A stretch of 60,317 bases of DNA, counting the filler. It is 7 parts of 7 records of this genome, joined end to end, with 100 filler letters (N's around TTAATTAATTAA, not from the genome) between each part and the next. Parts side by side here need not be neighbours in the genome. Positions count along the whole stretch, not along the records: positions 1 to 7,343 come from SRR31156797_29456; positions 7,444 to 18,286 come from SRR31156797_29486; 5 more parts are not named here. One strand, given 5' to 3'. A program made the position numbers and the translations under genes. Of the stretch, positions 1-10,260 are shown piece by piece (the first letter of the stretch is position 1; every line of letters starts with the position of its first letter). A model generated the notes under the pieces. The model saw only the letters and a list, made by a program, of their open reading frames with translations. It had not been told where the DNA came from and did not search any database.

Positions 1-191
1 GAACTTAAATATGAGAAACGCTATAAATTAGCAATCGGCTTTCGCGCACCCAGCGACATCATAGGCGTTATATCATTTTTTCCTTTATTCTCAATACATT
101 TCGCCCATTGCTTATTTGACTTAGGAGAGTAACATTGGTGGGAAAGCGGTTATGAAATTAAGAAAGGCAAAGAATGGATCAAGATAAAACC

Positions 192-246
192 ATAGCGAGG
201 GGATTAAATTACTCTTCAAGGCAAAAGTAATTTATCCCCTCACTAT
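192..246 (-). terminator. Long inverted repeat just downstream of the hydrolase gene; probable terminator
   Basis: ATAGCGAGGGGATTAAATTACT...AGTAATTTATCCCCTCACTAT arms, followed by GTTTT on the minus strand; 16 nt past the stop at 263. Confidence 0.55.
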
Positions 247-262
247 AAAACCAACACCCTTA

Positions 263-2308
263 TTACAGCATTTGCCTGGGAACGCTTTCGACCCATCGCC
301 TTGAAGCGTGGGCGGCGCCGTTTACACTGACAGTCAGGTCGATGGCGATATGAAAATGGGAGGCGGATGCCTGGACAAATATTTCAGAGCAGGCCTGAAT
401 AACCTGGTTCCCGCTGAACAAGGCCAGGACATGACTGCCTCGTCCGCCGGCCCGGGCCGGGTCGGCCGGGTCGACTTCAAAACAACCAATGGATTCCCGC
501 TTTAATGTGGAATGAGGCGTTATTCGTTGGGTTCCGCCCACACCGATAGTAACCTTTGTCCTGCCCGTCAGCAGGTCGCGGCTAACTTCCCAGGTCGGGG
601 GCTCCGGGGAATCCGAGTGCCGCGATTTTTTCATTTTTGAAGGCATGAACTCGGGCGGCGCCGCCGAGCCCTTTTCCGGAACGACCGGCAGCATCAGACG
701 GCTGGGCAGATCCTTACCTGTATAAACAAGGCTCTGTGCGGGTTCGGGAGTTGGCCAGAGATTGGGCCAATCTGCATTGGCCAGGCTCAAACGGATGCGG
801 TTTCCCTTTTTAAAAACCCATCCTGTTGAGTCTATCTCAATCGTTAGTTCAACTTTTTCACCCGGGATTAGCGGTTCGGGATCGGACAGGGAGTTTCGGC
901 GGGTTGCATTCAAAGCTCCCTTGCCGACCAGTTGGGAGGCGCCGTCAGGGCTAACGTCCGACAGGGAAGCCGCAAAACCTATCACCGAAGCAGTGCTGCT
1001 AACGTTCAGGATCGCCTTGGCCCTGCCCAGGATATGAAGGTCTTCCTCCAGGGGAGGAGTAGTATACACAAGGGACAGGGCCTCGTCCGGTCGCTGATCC
1101 CCGGGCAGGCCGAACTGTATCCCCCCGGAAAAAAGCCCGCCATGGATGCCAACCGTGGGATTATAGACCAGCCCGTCCTCTGAATCGTTTCCCGGCGTTT
1201 GCGCCAATCGGGCTTCTTCCGCCAAAAAGAAAGTCTGTTCGCCGGCCCCGGGAGGCGGCCATTCTTTTTCCGCCCGCCAATGCCCTTTTGTTTCCAACCT
1301 GTCAACCACGGGCGGTTCGGATTCCTGCATGTACACAATTACCGACGGTTCGTCCATAATGCCATTGGCTTTGTTTTTACACCAGTAATCAAGCCAACGG
1401 ACTACTTCGGCCAGGTAATCTATGCGCGGGCCGGGTATGGCCGCGTCCGGCATGGCGTGATTCCACGGACCAATGATCACCTTGCGGGGAACGCTCAGTT
1501 TTTCATACAGGCGCATGGGCGTGTTCATGTAACCGTCCAGCCAACCGCCGATCATGAAAACCGGGCATTTAATACGGTCCGGCTCATGCCCCACGGACCC
1601 GTGCCGCCAAAAGGGGCCGTCCACCTGGTTTCGGTACCAATTCAATATATATGGCTCGTTCTCACGGATATGCTCCTCCCACCTGTCCGCCCAGCCTTCA
1701 CCGCTGGTTTCGGGCAGCGGAGGCATGGCGTTCCAGGCGATCATGAAGCCGCCGTAATAAGCCAGATTATAATAGAGACGCATCAAGCCGCCCTTGTAGT
1801 GACATTCGTCCCTGTACCGGTCATCCGTGAAGTCCACGGGTATGATGCTGGTCAGATGAGGTGGATTGTGGGCGGCTACCTGCAAGGCGGTAAACCCTCC
1901 ATAGGATATGCCCATCATGTTAACGCAGCCGTCGCACCACGGCTGGGCCGCAAGCCACTCGACGGCATCGTACCCGTCAAGCTGTTCCTGCAGCACGTAT
2001 TCATCCAGGCTCACTCCTTCCGAAGCGCCGGTGCCTCTTATATCCACCCGCACAAAGATGTACCCGTTGCGAGGCATGTACAGGTAGAAAGGCCGACCGG
2101 CCAGGTCGACCTGGTCTTTCCTGTACGGGATGTACTCCATGACCACTGGCAGAGGATTTTTAACCAGGTCCGCTCCGGCGGGTATATACAGATCTGCGGC
2201 CAGTTTTACACCGTCGCGCATCGGGATCATAATATTTTTCACACGGCGGACGTCTTCCACCGGGGGGATGGTTATAGCCTCGGATAAAGCCGATAAATCG
2301 ATCGACAT
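263..2308 (-). CDS. CocE/NonD family serine hydrolase (peptidase S15-like)
   Basis: IPMRDGVKLAADLY N-terminus, GISYGG nucleophile motif, GPWNH. Start moved to MSIDLS (2308) because AGGAG lies upstream; the longer ORF overlaps the upstream gene. Confidence 0.85.
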   Translation of the reverse strand: MSIDLSALSEAITIPPVEDVRRVKNIMIPMRDGVKLAADLYIPAGADLVKNPLPVVMEYIPYRKDQVDLAGRPFYLYMPRNGYIFVRVDIRGTGASEGVSLDEYVLQEQLDGYDAVEWLAAQPWCDGCVNMMGISYGGFTALQVAAHNPPHLTSIIPVDFTDDRYRDECHYKGGLMRLYYNLAYYGGFMIAWNAMPPLPETSGEGWADRWEEHIRENEPYILNWYRNQVDGPFWRHGSVGHEPDRIKCPVFMIGGWLDGYMNTPMRLYEKLSVPRKVIIGPWNHAMPDAAIPGPRIDYLAEVVRWLDYWCKNKANGIMDEPSVIVYMQESEPPVVDRLETKGHWRAEKEWPPPGAGEQTFFLAEEARLAQTPGNDSEDGLVYNPTVGIHGGLFSGGIQFGLPGDQRPDEALSLVYTTPPLEEDLHILGRAKAILNVSSTASVIGFAASLSDVSPDGASQLVGKGALNATRRNSLSDPEPLIPGEKVELTIEIDSTGWVFKKGNRIRLSLANADWPNLWPTPEPAQSLVYTGKDLPSRLMLPVVPEKGSAAPPEFMPSKMKKSRHSDSPEPPTWEVSRDLLTGRTKVTIGVGGTQRITPHSTLKRESIGCFEVDPADPARAGGRGSHVLALFSGNQVIQACSEIFVQASASHFHIAIDLTVSVNGAAHASRRWVESVPRQML

Positions 2309-2327
2309 ATTTTGATCTCCTTGTTGA

Positions 2328-3320
2328 TTAGTCTTGAATATCGTGAACCAGAGGGTAGTGACAATGGAAGATATGATCCGGGGCAGCCGAAATTTCCCCG
2401 GGATACTCGTTGCGGCACAAATCTTCTGTAAATGGGCAGCGAGTATGAAATTCGCAGCCTTTGGGCCGGTCCAGCAGACTCGGCACATCTCCTGACAATT
2501 CCACCCGGTCGAGTTTGGCGTCGGGGTCCGGGTTGGGATGAGCAGAAAGCAGGGCGTGCGTATACGGATGCCGCATATGCGCGAAAACCTCGGCTGTAGG
2601 GCCTTTTTCCAGCAGGCGCCCCAAATACATAATGGCCATACGGTCGCTGACGTGACGGACCACGGCCAGGTTGTGTGTGATTATCAGGAAGCTGACCCCA
2701 AGTTCGTCCTTTAGGCGGCCCATGAGGTTCAGTATTTCGCCCTGGACGGAAACATCCAGTCCGGCCGTGGGCTCGTCCGCGATAATAACCTTTGGATCCA
2801 GGGCCAACGCCCTGGCCACGCCTACACGTCGGGCCTGGCCTCCACTGAGCTGGTGCGGAAAATAGTCCCCGATTGAAGGGGCGAGATTAACCATTTCCAA
2901 AAGCCGTCCGGCTTCCGCCCGCAGGTCGCGATCCGAAAGACCGTGAATTTTAAACGGCTCGGTAATCAGGGACCGCACCGTCAGTCTGGGGCTAAGAGAG
3001 CCGACCGGGTCCTGAAACATCATGGCCATCTCACGCCGGACCGGTTTATACGCCCTGTCGGAAAGGCCGTCCAGTTCCCGGCCTTCAAATCTGACGCTCC
3101 CGGAAAAAACAGGATTCAGTCCGATGACGGCGCGGGCCAGGCTGGTTTTACCCGATCCGGATTCTCCCACCAAACCGTACACCTGACCTTCATACAGATT
3201 CATACTGACGCCCATAACGGCGTCTATGAAAGGGTCGGGGTCACGGTCGATAAATGCCCGGGCCGGTCCCTTGACCCGGAAACGGACTCGCAGGTCTTCT
3301 ATTTCAAGCAAAGGATTCAT
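2328..3320 (-). CDS. Oligopeptide/dipeptide ABC transporter ATPase (OppF/DppF-like)
   Basis: GESGSGKT Walker A, LSGGQ signature, IIADEPT, C-terminal GCEFHTRCP domain. Confidence 0.92.
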   Translation of the reverse strand: MNPLLEIEDLRVRFRVKGPARAFIDRDPDPFIDAVMGVSMNLYEGQVYGLVGESGSGKTSLARAVIGLNPVFSGSVRFEGRELDGLSDRAYKPVRREMAMMFQDPVGSLSPRLTVRSLITEPFKIHGLSDRDLRAEAGRLLEMVNLAPSIGDYFPHQLSGGQARRVGVARALALDPKVIIADEPTAGLDVSVQGEILNLMGRLKDELGVSFLIITHNLAVVRHVSDRMAIMYLGRLLEKGPTAEVFAHMRHPYTHALLSAHPNPDPDAKLDRVELSGDVPSLLDRPKGCEFHTRCPFTEDLCRNEYPGEISAAPDHIFHCHYPLVHDIQD

Positions 3321-4306
3321 CCCGAACCTCCGCCAATCAGCTTGATACAGGCCGCTTCATGACCGGGGCCGGCCTCGACCATTGGCGGTTCGTCTTCCAG
3401 GCATTCAGGAGCCGCTTCTGGACACCTTCCGGCGAAAATGCAGCCTTGCGGCAGATTAATCAGGTCGGGGATTTCACCGGGTATGGTCGGCAACTGGGCC
3501 GTCGTCTCCTGGATTATGGCCGGATCGCATTGCAACAGGGCCCTGGTGTAGGGATGGGCCGGTCGATGAAAAATGTCTCTCACCCGGCCGTGTTCAACCG
3601 CGGCGCCGGCATACATGACCGTTACCCAGTCGCAGAGTTCGGCAATGACATTAAGATGATGGCTGACAAACAAGATGGAGCAGCCGATATTTTCCTGCAG
3701 CTCCTTAAGCAGCTTAATGATCTGCACTTCCAGGGTGGCGTCCAGGGCCGTGGTCGGTTCGTCAGCGATAAGCAAAGCCGGGTTGGCCAGCAGGGCCATG
3801 GCAATGGTGATGCGCTGGCGCATGCCCCCGGAAAAATGATGCGAATACTGACTTAAACGCCCCTCGGGGTCGGGAATGCCGACCCTGGCCAGCATTTCGA
3901 CAGCCCGTCGCCGTTTTTCAGCCTTGCCGACCTTGTCCCGATACTGGATATCGGTCATCATTCGACCAATGGTCAGGACCGGATTGAGGCTGGTCATGGG
4001 GTCCTGAAACACCATGGAGATGCGATCGCCTCGCAACATACGCATCTGTTCCTTGCTTTTATCCAGCAGGGAGTCTCCTTCAAAAACGATTTCGCCGCCT
4101 GATATAACCGCGTTTTCGGGTAAAAGCCGTATGACGGCCGATATAAGAGTGGATTTACCGCAGCCGCTTTCCCCGACTACGCCGACCACCTCCCCGGCCG
4201 GGATATCAAGACTCACCCGGCGAAGGGCGTGCAACGGGCCTCGGGGGGTAAGGAAATCCAGAGAAAAATCCTTGATCTGCAACACCTTATTCGACAACTC
4301 AGACAT
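3317..4306 (-). CDS. Oligopeptide/dipeptide ABC transporter ATPase (OppD/DppD-like)
   Basis: GESGCGKS, FSGGMRQR, LIADEPTTALD, GCIFAGRCP. Confidence 0.92.
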   Translation of the reverse strand: MSELSNKVLQIKDFSLDFLTPRGPLHALRRVSLDIPAGEVVGVVGESGCGKSTLISAVIRLLPENAVISGGEIVFEGDSLLDKSKEQMRMLRGDRISMVFQDPMTSLNPVLTIGRMMTDIQYRDKVGKAEKRRRAVEMLARVGIPDPEGRLSQYSHHFSGGMRQRITIAMALLANPALLIADEPTTALDATLEVQIIKLLKELQENIGCSILFVSHHLNVIAELCDWVTVMYAGAAVEHGRVRDIFHRPAHPYTRALLQCDPAIIQETTAQLPTIPGEIPDLINLPQGCIFAGRCPEAAPECLEDEPPMVEAGPGHEAACIKLIGGGSG

Positions 4307-5171
4307 CCTTCCTAAGCTTGGGATCGAAGATGTCCCGCAGGGATTCGCCTAAAAATGTGAAACCCAGTGTGGTCAGAATAAGAGGGATGCCGCCGGAAAT
4401 AACCAGCCAGGGCGTATTTCGAATATAGCTGTACCCGTCGTTGAGGATACTGCCCCAGGACGGCATGGGCGGGCGAACGCCCAATCCCAGAAAACTGAGA
4501 CCGGCTTCAATGGTTACCACCACAGGTATATCCATGCTGGCCACTATCAAAAGAGGGCCGATGATATTGGGCAGGATATGCAGGCCTAAAACCCGGATAG
4601 CGCCGGCGCCCATGGCTTTTTCCGCCTGAATGAATTCATTGTGACGTATGGCCTGAGTCTGGGTTCGTATGATGCGGCCGTAAACAGGAATGGTTGTGAC
4701 TACGATGACCAGAATTACCGTGTTCAGGCTGGGCCCGACTACCGTAACGACCGCCAGCGCGAACATAATGGTTGGAAAGGATCGTAAGGTGTCAAAGACA
4801 AGCAGCAAAAAGTTATCCAGCCATTTTGGCCCGTAACCGGCCATGAGACCAAGGATCATACCGCCGGCCAGGGTCAGGCTTATCGATACCAGCGCGACCT
4901 GAAGAGCGATGCGGCTCCCCGTTATAACCCTTGAAAAAACATCCCGGCCTAGTTGATCCGTGCCCAGCCAGTGATCCTTGTCGGGCGAGGCCAACCGCTG
5001 CCGAACATTCATCTTATTGGGATTTTGCGGAGTCAGCAATGGAGCAAACACCGCCGTGGCCACAATTATTATTACCAGCACCGCGCCCAGCAAACCCATG
5101 GGATCCTTGAGCAGTCGCTTAAGGTTATCTCCAAGGGCCGCCCAGCGGCCTCTTCCCTGAGCCCCGGGCAT
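4299..5171 (-). CDS. Peptide ABC transporter permease (OppC/DppC-like)
   Basis: HWLGTDQLGRD, EAGLSFLGLG, PSWG motifs. Start at 5171 chosen because it abuts the upstream stop. Confidence 0.9.
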   Translation of the reverse strand: MPGAQGRGRWAALGDNLKRLLKDPMGLLGAVLVIIIVATAVFAPLLTPQNPNKMNVRQRLASPDKDHWLGTDQLGRDVFSRVITGSRIALQVALVSISLTLAGGMILGLMAGYGPKWLDNFLLLVFDTLRSFPTIMFALAVVTVVGPSLNTVILVIVVTTIPVYGRIIRTQTQAIRHNEFIQAEKAMGAGAIRVLGLHILPNIIGPLLIVASMDIPVVVTIEAGLSFLGLGVRPPMPSWGSILNDGYSYIRNTPWLVISGGIPLILTTLGFTFLGESLRDIFDPKLRKDV

Positions 5172-5172
5172 C

Positions 5173-6117
5173 TTAGAGGTTCTCCCTGATGCGCGGATCA
5201 AGCGCGGCTGTTATCATGTCGCTGATAGTTGTAGTCAAAACAAAAAGTACGGTCGAAACTAAAACCGATCCCATCACCACGTTATAGTTTCGAGAAATGA
5301 CCGAATCGTAAATGAGCTTGCCAATACCCGGCCGGGCAAAGACTATCTCCGCAAAAACCGCGGTGGAAAGCATCCGCCCAATGCTTACGCCGATTAAGGT
5401 GATGGTCGGTAGAATGGCCAGCCTTAAAGCGTAGTTGAGAATAATATTCGATTCCGGCAAACCAAACGCCCGGGCCGTTCGAATGTGATTTTCGCCCATA
5501 ACTTCCAGCATGGAAGCCCGCACCAGCCTGGCCAGGTACCCCACCCAGGAAACGCCCACGGCAAAAGCCGGTAGAATCAAATGCACGGCCTGGCTCCACA
5601 AATCGCCAGGCTCGCCCGCGCCGATGGCCGGAAGCCATTGCAGAGTGACCGCGAAGATTAATAATGAATATAGAGCGACCACAAAAGACGGGACCGCGAT
5701 CACGCTGATGGATATCAATCCGGCCAGCTTATCCAGAAAGGAATTTCGAAAGATGGCTGAAAAGCAGCCTAAAGGGATGCCGATCAGGGCCGCCCACCCC
5801 ATGCTGACCAGGACGAGTACAAGAGTGTGCGGGACCTGCTCGAAAACTATCCGGGCCACCGGCCGATTGGAAAAGACGTCCGTCCCAAGGTCGCCAACCA
5901 TAACATTGGCCAGAAAACTCGTTACCTGGACGACAAATGGCTTGTCAAGCCCCATTTTCTTTTCCAGGGAAGCCTTCATCTCCGGCGTGGCCCGCGGCCC
6001 AAGAATAACGCTTGCCGGATCCCCGGGAACCATGTGTATCATGGCATACAAAAGGGTGACCGCGACCACGACAATCACAGCGGCCAAACCCAACCGTTTT
6101 ATTAAATAGAGTCCCAT
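5173..6117 (-). CDS. Peptide ABC transporter permease (OppB/DppB-like)
   Basis: PGDPA, GLDKP, EAA-like loop RTARAFGL, EIVFARPGIG. Confidence 0.9.
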   Translation of the reverse strand: MGLYLIKRLGLAAVIVVVAVTLLYAMIHMVPGDPASVILGPRATPEMKASLEKKMGLDKPFVVQVTSFLANVMVGDLGTDVFSNRPVARIVFEQVPHTLVLVLVSMGWAALIGIPLGCFSAIFRNSFLDKLAGLISISVIAVPSFVVALYSLLIFAVTLQWLPAIGAGEPGDLWSQAVHLILPAFAVGVSWVGYLARLVRASMLEVMGENHIRTARAFGLPESNIILNYALRLAILPTITLIGVSIGRMLSTAVFAEIVFARPGIGKLIYDSVISRNYNVVMGSVLVSTVLFVLTTTISDMITAALDPRIRENL

Positions 6118-6171
6118 ATGAATAAGGATACAAGAGGACCGTCGGCCCGGAGGACCGGCGGCCCATAATAG

Positions 6172-7343
6172 TTAAGCCTTTTTGAAATAGCGCAGCAGCG
6201 GGATGCCGTCCGGACGCATGGCCGGAATTATTGAGTTGCGGTACATGACCGGGTTGCCTTCGTGGGTTACAAAGAGGTACGCGCCCGACATTTCCATTAG
6301 GTCCTGCATACGTTTATACATCTGATCGCGCTTTTCCGTATCCGATTCCACTGCCGCCTTCATATGCAACTCATTGTATTCTTCGTTCCTGAAACGCTCC
6401 CAGTTCCAAATGCCGACCTGCTTCTTGGTGAACCACTGAGCCGCGTAATAAGGGTCGGGCGCGCTGGAAAACCGGTTAAAAATCAACTGGACATTCTTCC
6501 AGCGGTCGCCTTTTTTCTCGTCGCCCAGGGACCAGAAGGACCCGGAATCGTGTTGATTGATCTGGAGCCTGATGCCGGCTTCGGCCACTGTCGCCTGGAT
6601 GACCTGGGCGGCCGTAATATGGGAAGCCTTGTTGCGGCAGTCCAGGGTCAAATCAATACCGTCGGGATAACCGGCCTCGGCCAGAAGCTCCCGGGCTTTA
6701 TCACTCATGGCCTCACGGGGCAGTATGTTCTTTTCCCGGCGCCCGATCAAACCCGGAGGAATAAGGCCCGTGGAAGGCTTGGCCACGCCGAAGTAAGCCG
6801 CTTCCAATATCGAAGGCACATCAACGGCATATTGCACAGCCTGGCGCACCCGTTTATCCTTAAGCATTTTATTTTCCATGTTCATGCCGATCCACACATA
6901 ATAAAGCGAAGGGTGGAGCTCGACCGTGCTGTTAGCGGGTTTTTTCTGCTGCAGGTTTTCGAATGATGAAAGACTAATTCTGGTCCAATCCAGATCGCCG
7001 GCCTCAAAAGCGATTTCAGCGGTCTTCTCGTCATCGATCGGTAAAATGTGTATCTCCCGGAAGGCCGGTTTTTCGCCCTTCCATTCCGGGTTGACCGCCA
7101 ATACGGTCTTCTGCTTGGGCGTCCAGCTTTTTAGCACGTAGGGACCGGAATAGCACGGAGGCTCGGTGCTGAACTTGCCGCCGACTTTTTCCGTTGCCTT
7201 CTTGGAGATAATATTACCGGCCATGTAGGGGAGAGTCGTCATCCACAAAGCCTGAAATGGCTCTTTAAGGACAATGATCCCGCTGTATTTATCCTTGACC
7301 TCGACTTCCTTGAGCATCGCCCAGTCTCCCTTGATCGGGGACT
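6172..7343 (-). CDS. Peptide ABC transporter substrate-binding protein (family 5), 5' truncated by contig end
   Basis: SGPYVLKSW and DKRVRQAVQYAVD motifs; frame open up to the N spacer. Confidence 0.88.
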
Positions 7344-7443
7344 NNNNNNNNNNNNNNNNNNNNNNNNNNNNNNNNNNNNNNNNNNNNTTAATTAATTAAN
7401 NNNNNNNNNNNNNNNNNNNNNNNNNNNNNNNNNNNNNNNNNNN
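7344..7443. other. Artificial contig spacer (N run with TTAATTAATTAA); also at 18287-18386, 26211-26310, 38140-38239, 44311-44410 and 53748-53847
   Basis: Six 100-nt spacers of the same design; genes are truncated and base composition changes across them. Confidence 0.98.
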
Positions 7444-7632
7444 TATATCAGTATCGAAAAGTTTGACAGCAAGAATTTTACGGTACACCGCAAAATTCTT
7501 GGTAACGGCATTCCCATCCTGGAAGGGATTAACCTGAAAAGCGTTCCTGCAGGTAGATATACCCTGTACTGTTTCCCCCTGAAAATAAGGGGAGGGGATG
7601 GGGCGCCGGTTCGAGCTGTTTTGATGGATTAA
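7444..7632 (+). CDS. Cyclase / kynurenine formamidase family, 3' fragment (not in ORF track)
   Basis: Hand translation: YISIEKFDSKNFTVHRKILGNGIPILEGINLKSVPAGRYTLYCFPLKIRGGDGAPVRAVLMD*. Confidence 0.85.
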   Translation, partial: YISIEKFDSKNFTVHRKILGNGIPILEGINLKSVPAGRYTLYCFPLKIRGGDGAPVRAVLMD

Positions 7633-7680
7633 GGGCCTTGGAAAAAGGCTTGAGACTGCAATTTCAGGAATGAAATGGGA

Positions 7681-8670
7681 TCACGATTTCTTCTCCATAT
7701 CGTCCAAGGATAATTCAAGGTCCAGGGGTTCAATATCCAGGTCTGAAAAGAGATTCACGTCCATTTTTTCGTCAGCTGTTTTTTCCCCGGAAGCATCCGT
7801 TGCATTGGCGCGGGTTTTTTCCAGGTCAAAAGCAGCCACCTGTTTCTCTATTTCATCGGAATCCCAGAAACCTTTTTCACCAGGTGCATCTTTTTCAGCG
7901 GTTGCTTCCTCCTCATTGAGGACCTCTTCCAGTTCAAAAACGATATCATCATCTGTTCGGGTAGGTGTGGAAGTATCCGGTTTGGATTCACCCGTGGGCA
8001 GGTCGTCCAGGGATAGGAACAGTTCCCGGGAATCCGGCTCTGTATGGCTGATCGTTGCGGAATCGGTTTTCCCCGTGGGCACTTCCGGGTTTTCAGGTTT
8101 GTCTGCCAGGAAAAGATCCTGTTCATCGATTCTATCCCCTGTTTTTTCCTGAATCACCACCGTGTCAACGTCAACCCGTTTTTCATCAGGGCCGTCAAAA
8201 TCGGAGAAGCCTTTCTTATCAAGGGGGTCCATGCCGATGCTTTCAATTTCATCTTCTCCGGCTGCCGGCTCCAGATCAAACAGAATCTCATCTTCCGCCG
8301 TGTGGAAGGGCGTAAGCCGATCCTCTTTGGAATCGTTCGTATCAAGTACGATCTCATCCGTTGAAGGATCCAGCGGTTTTAGGGATTCCGGTTTGGTGTC
8401 GCCAAGCTCCAAATCATCAAGGGCAATTAATAGTTCCTGTGCATCCATCCCTTCGGGGGCGGCCCCGGAAGAAGGGGTATGGGCGCCATCGGCAGGAATT
8501 TCGAGGTGTGCGGAACCCTCCTTCCCGATAAGGGAGGCCAGAAAAAAAGGCGGATTCGGTTTATTGGGTGAGAGGTTCAGACGGACCTGTTCTTCAGTGG
8601 TGTCGTTTCCGCATTTGGGACAGACCCGGTTATAATCGAAACTGGTGTAATTGCATTTGGGGCATTTCAT
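7681..8670 (-). CDS. Zinc-ribbon protein with long acidic, low-complexity tail
   Basis: MKCPKC...CPKC N-terminus followed by an Asp/Glu-rich region. Confidence 0.7.
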   Translation of the reverse strand: MKCPKCNYTSFDYNRVCPKCGNDTTEEQVRLNLSPNKPNPPFFLASLIGKEGSAHLEIPADGAHTPSSGAAPEGMDAQELLIALDDLELGDTKPESLKPLDPSTDEIVLDTNDSKEDRLTPFHTAEDEILFDLEPAAGEDEIESIGMDPLDKKGFSDFDGPDEKRVDVDTVVIQEKTGDRIDEQDLFLADKPENPEVPTGKTDSATISHTEPDSRELFLSLDDLPTGESKPDTSTPTRTDDDIVFELEEVLNEEEATAEKDAPGEKGFWDSDEIEKQVAAFDLEKTRANATDASGEKTADEKMDVNLFSDLDIEPLDLELSLDDMEKKS

Positions 8671-8688
8671 GGCAAAGGCTCCACAAAC

Positions 8689-9141
8689 CTACGATTTACA
8701 TTTTAAAAGGGCCTCCCTGGCCAGGACGTCACACCGTTCATTTTCAGGATGTCCCTGATGTCCTTTGACCCATTTCCATTGGATTTCATGGGGTTGGCTC
8801 AGTTTTAACATTTCCTCCCAGAGGTCTTTGTTCAGAACCGGCTTTTTCTGGGAATTTTTCCAGTTTTTCTTGATCCAGCCGTGAATCCAAAGGGTCATGC
8901 CCTTCATGACATATTGAGAATCCGTTGTAACGATGATTTTGCAGGGTCGCTTGAGGCGACGAAGCGCTTCAATGACGGCCATCATTTCCATGCGGTTGTT
9001 GGTGGTTTGCCGTTCACACCCTGAAATCTCTTTTGTAGCCCCGCCATATCTGAGCAGGGAACCGTACCCTCCCGGCCCGGGGTTGCCGCTGCAGGCCCCG
9101 TCCGTAAAGATTTCCACAACTTTCTCTCTACTAACGGTCAT
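8689..9141 (-). CDS. rnhA: Ribonuclease HI
   Basis: [41 protein letters not shown]; start MTVSREK overlaps the upstream gene's end. Confidence 0.95.
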   Translation of the reverse strand: MTVSREKVVEIFTDGACSGNPGPGGYGSLLRYGGATKEISGCERQTTNNRMEMMAVIEALRRLKRPCKIIVTTDSQYVMKGMTLWIHGWIKKNWKNSQKKPVLNKDLWEEMLKLSQPHEIQWKWVKGHQGHPENERCDVLAREALLKCKS

Positions 9142-10213
9142 TGGGGCCCTTCTTTGTAAATCGACCATGGATGACGAAGGTGATAAAAGGCATTTCCGGG
9201 TAACCGGTTTTGAGCTTCAAGATACCATTGAAGTTACGATTGTTCCCGGGCAGAACCGAAAATTTTATACGGTATTTTTTTCCCTTTTCAACGGTTTCAA
9301 TGGTGTACTTCAGTTTATCTTTAAGGTTGAATTCCGTAATGGTGAGGTTCATGGATTTGTTCCGTTCGCTACGGATTTCCACCGTTTTGCTGATTTCAGC
9401 GCCTTCCATCCCGTAAAGGCGGATGTAGCGGGAAGAAACGTAAATGGGCGCTTTAACGGTATTTGCACCTCTTACCGGTGTCTCCTTTTTGATGCCGGGC
9501 GATAAGGCTCTGGGTGGAATGTTCATGGGTTTGAACCGACCATGAATCACAACCCTGATTTCCGGCTTCTCCGAATAGTTGGTTTTGAGTCTCAGTATCC
9601 CCCTGAAATTTTCCTTGATGCCGGGTATGGATGTGAACCGGATTCCGTATTTTTTTCCCTTTTGAACGGTTTCCATGGCGTATTTCAGTTTGTCTTTGAG
9701 GGTGTACTCAATAACCGTAAGATTCAATGGTTTGTCAAGTTCCGCTTCGATTTTAATGGTTTTATGAACTACGTTATCCCCCTTGCCGTACAGTTGGACA
9801 TACCTGGAAGAGACATTAATGGGTACCTTGACGATGGCTTTCACCACCAGTAAGACGGTTTGTTTTTCCGGGTCGTTGGTTTTGACCCGCGCTGACTTGC
9901 GAAGATTTCCCTGATACCCTTTTGTCCTGACTTTAAGGGTTATTTTTCCTTCCCCACCCGGGGGAACGGCCGGATCAAAATCGGCCACGGCACAGCCTCA
10001 ACCGGGTTTGACACTGATGATTTTAAGGGGTTCACTGCCTTTGTTAAAGATCTTAAAGGTATGTTCCAGAACCGTCCCCTCTTTGACTTCTTTAAAGTCG
10101 AATTCCCTTTCCTCCACCGTCATTCTGGGCCCTTTGTTGTCCTGGCCCGGGGCCATGCCGCTAAAGAGTGCCATAGACAAAGTTACCATGAGAATAAAAA
10201 ACAGTTTTTTCAC
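9131..10213 (-). CDS. Exported DUF1573-like Ig-fold protein, probable selenoprotein (UGA at 10000-9998 read as Sec); joins two track ORFs into 360 aa
   Basis: Signal peptide and EREFDFKEV...[18 protein letters not shown], then AAA CCC GGT TGA GGC TGT GCC GTG = KPG-U-GCAV, in frame with [15 protein letters not shown]. Confidence 0.75.
9966..9988 (-). promoter_or_regulatory. Candidate bacterial SECIS hairpin
   Basis: Minus strand GTGGCCG-ATTTTGATC-CGGCCGT; the GGCCG/CGGCC stem begins 11 nt after the UGA. Confidence 0.5.
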
Positions 10214-10260
10214 GTATTTCCTCCCCTTTTTTTAATAAAACAGGCCCTTTCAAAAAGAAG

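Noticed and set aside
1199-2287. 362-aa plus-strand ORF and the many other long antisense ORFs (e.g. 5510-6109, 11035-11697, 13042-13665, 58481-59215)
   Set aside because: Shadow ORFs opposite well-supported genes; no motifs
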